A stretch of DNA of 35,736 nucleotides from a virus (taxonomy: Duplodnaviria > Caudoviricetes). The position numbers and the translations under genes are program-made. The stretch spans positions 1 to 35,736 of IMG/VR virus record IMGVR_UViG_3300025610_000072. The stretch is one strand, 5' to 3'. Shown piece by piece: positions 35,063 through 35,736 of the stretch (position 1 is the stretch's first letter; each line of letters opens with the position of its first letter). The notes under the pieces were generated by a model. That model made no database searches, was not told the origin of the DNA, and was given only the letters and a program-made list of their open reading frames with translations.

Positions 35063-35736
35063 ATGCCAGTAGTGTTCAGTCCCGGTGAGCCGGAAACCCG
35101 GCCTCTTGACCCCACTGCTGTTGTGTACTGCACCGCCCAACAAGTTGCTGACTTACTGGATATTGGCCCTCAAGAGGCTATCCTCATGAGTGCTGACGCT
35201 GACACGGACGCTGTGTATATCACAGGCAACGAGTATCGTCAAGTAGGCTTTAGCGTAGGCGACAAAATCCGTGTGTACAGCGATGCTGACCCACTGGGTG
35301 AAGAAGAGTTGACCATCACCGCCATCGGTAAAGGGACGGGTGGCAAGTCGGGGCATGTCAAAATCACCTTTAGCGGAGCAACGCTGACAGCATCGGACTA
35401 TGAAGTGGCTGACAACGGGTATGTACAGAACAAAGCCTCGTTTACCAACGGGCGTGTTCGTGGTATGACCAAAGCAAAGGTGGAGCATGTAATTCTCAAA
35501 ATGCAAGACCGCATTGACAACATGACCCGCAACGCATGGCGACCGTATTTGGTAGCCGCTGAGTACATCAACTTTGACACTTACAAGCCATATCGCCGCC
35601 GTTACTATACGGATTATGTCGGTACAAGCCCTCTTTTGTTCCGAAATGTGCAACAAATGTTACGCATTGAACTGTGGCAAGGTGACGATTATCGTGAAAT
35701 TGGTGCCGCTGAATGTCGTATCAAACTCAATGATGT
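35063..35736 (+). CDS. Putative head-tail adaptor/neck protein (3'-truncated, not in the ORF track)
   Basis: The frame stays open from MPVVFSPGEPE to the window end. YCTAQQVADLL and QDRIDNMTRNAWR resemble adaptor motifs; GGAGGG RBS upstream. Confidence 0.7.
   Translation, partial: MPVVFSPGEPETRPLDPTAVVYCTAQQVADLLDIGPQEAILMSADADTDAVYITGNEYRQVGFSVGDKIRVYSDADPLGEEELTITAIGKGTGGKSGHVKITFSGATLTASDYEVADNGYVQNKASFTNGRVRGMTKAKVEHVILKMQDRIDNMTRNAWRPYLVAAEYINFDTYKPYRRRYYTDYVGTSPLLFRNVQQMLRIELWQGDDYREIGAAECRIKLND

Noticed and set aside
35153-35656. 167-aa minus-strand ORF
   Set aside because: It is the shadow of the plus-strand frame starting at 35063, which has an RBS and adaptor-like motifs.
1-35736. 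tRNA or rRNA genes
   Set aside because: Intergenic gaps are short and no cloverleaf or T-loop consensus was recognised by eye. A tRNAscan-SE run would be needed to exclude them formally.

Overview
This window is the virion-morphogenesis region of a tailed dsDNA (HK97-fold, Caudoviricetes-type) virus. It holds terminase large subunit (15976-17466), portal (20680-22443), prohead protease/scaffold (29547-30917), major capsid protein (30946-32046) and a truncated head-tail adaptor (35063->end). An archaeal host is suggested by GGTGA/GAGGTGA ribosome-binding sites and by TATA boxes about 25 nt upstream of apparently leaderless starts. Resemblance to marine Poseidoniales (MGII) magroviruses is an inference and was not checked. 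Accessory genes include an HMG-CoA lyase, an Arf-like small GTPase in a membrane-protein operon, a LAGLIDADG-domain protein, a HiPIP-like mini-protein and a ~1900-aa protein with a degenerate ATP-dependent ligase domain. The most striking unexplained signal is a short peptide tag, consensus (S/G)EPMDxAWxxLK. It recurs about 15 times in about 10 otherwise unrelated ORFs and splits some of them into modules. A second N-terminal tag, M-x(1-3)-[RK]-V-L-[VI]-x(0-1)-K, and many hydrophobic-x-K|[SAG] sites in the protease, scaffold and capsid accompany it. Together these suggest a capsid-targeting/protease-processing code for modular cargo polyproteins. Family assignments are from motif recognition by eye; no searches were run.
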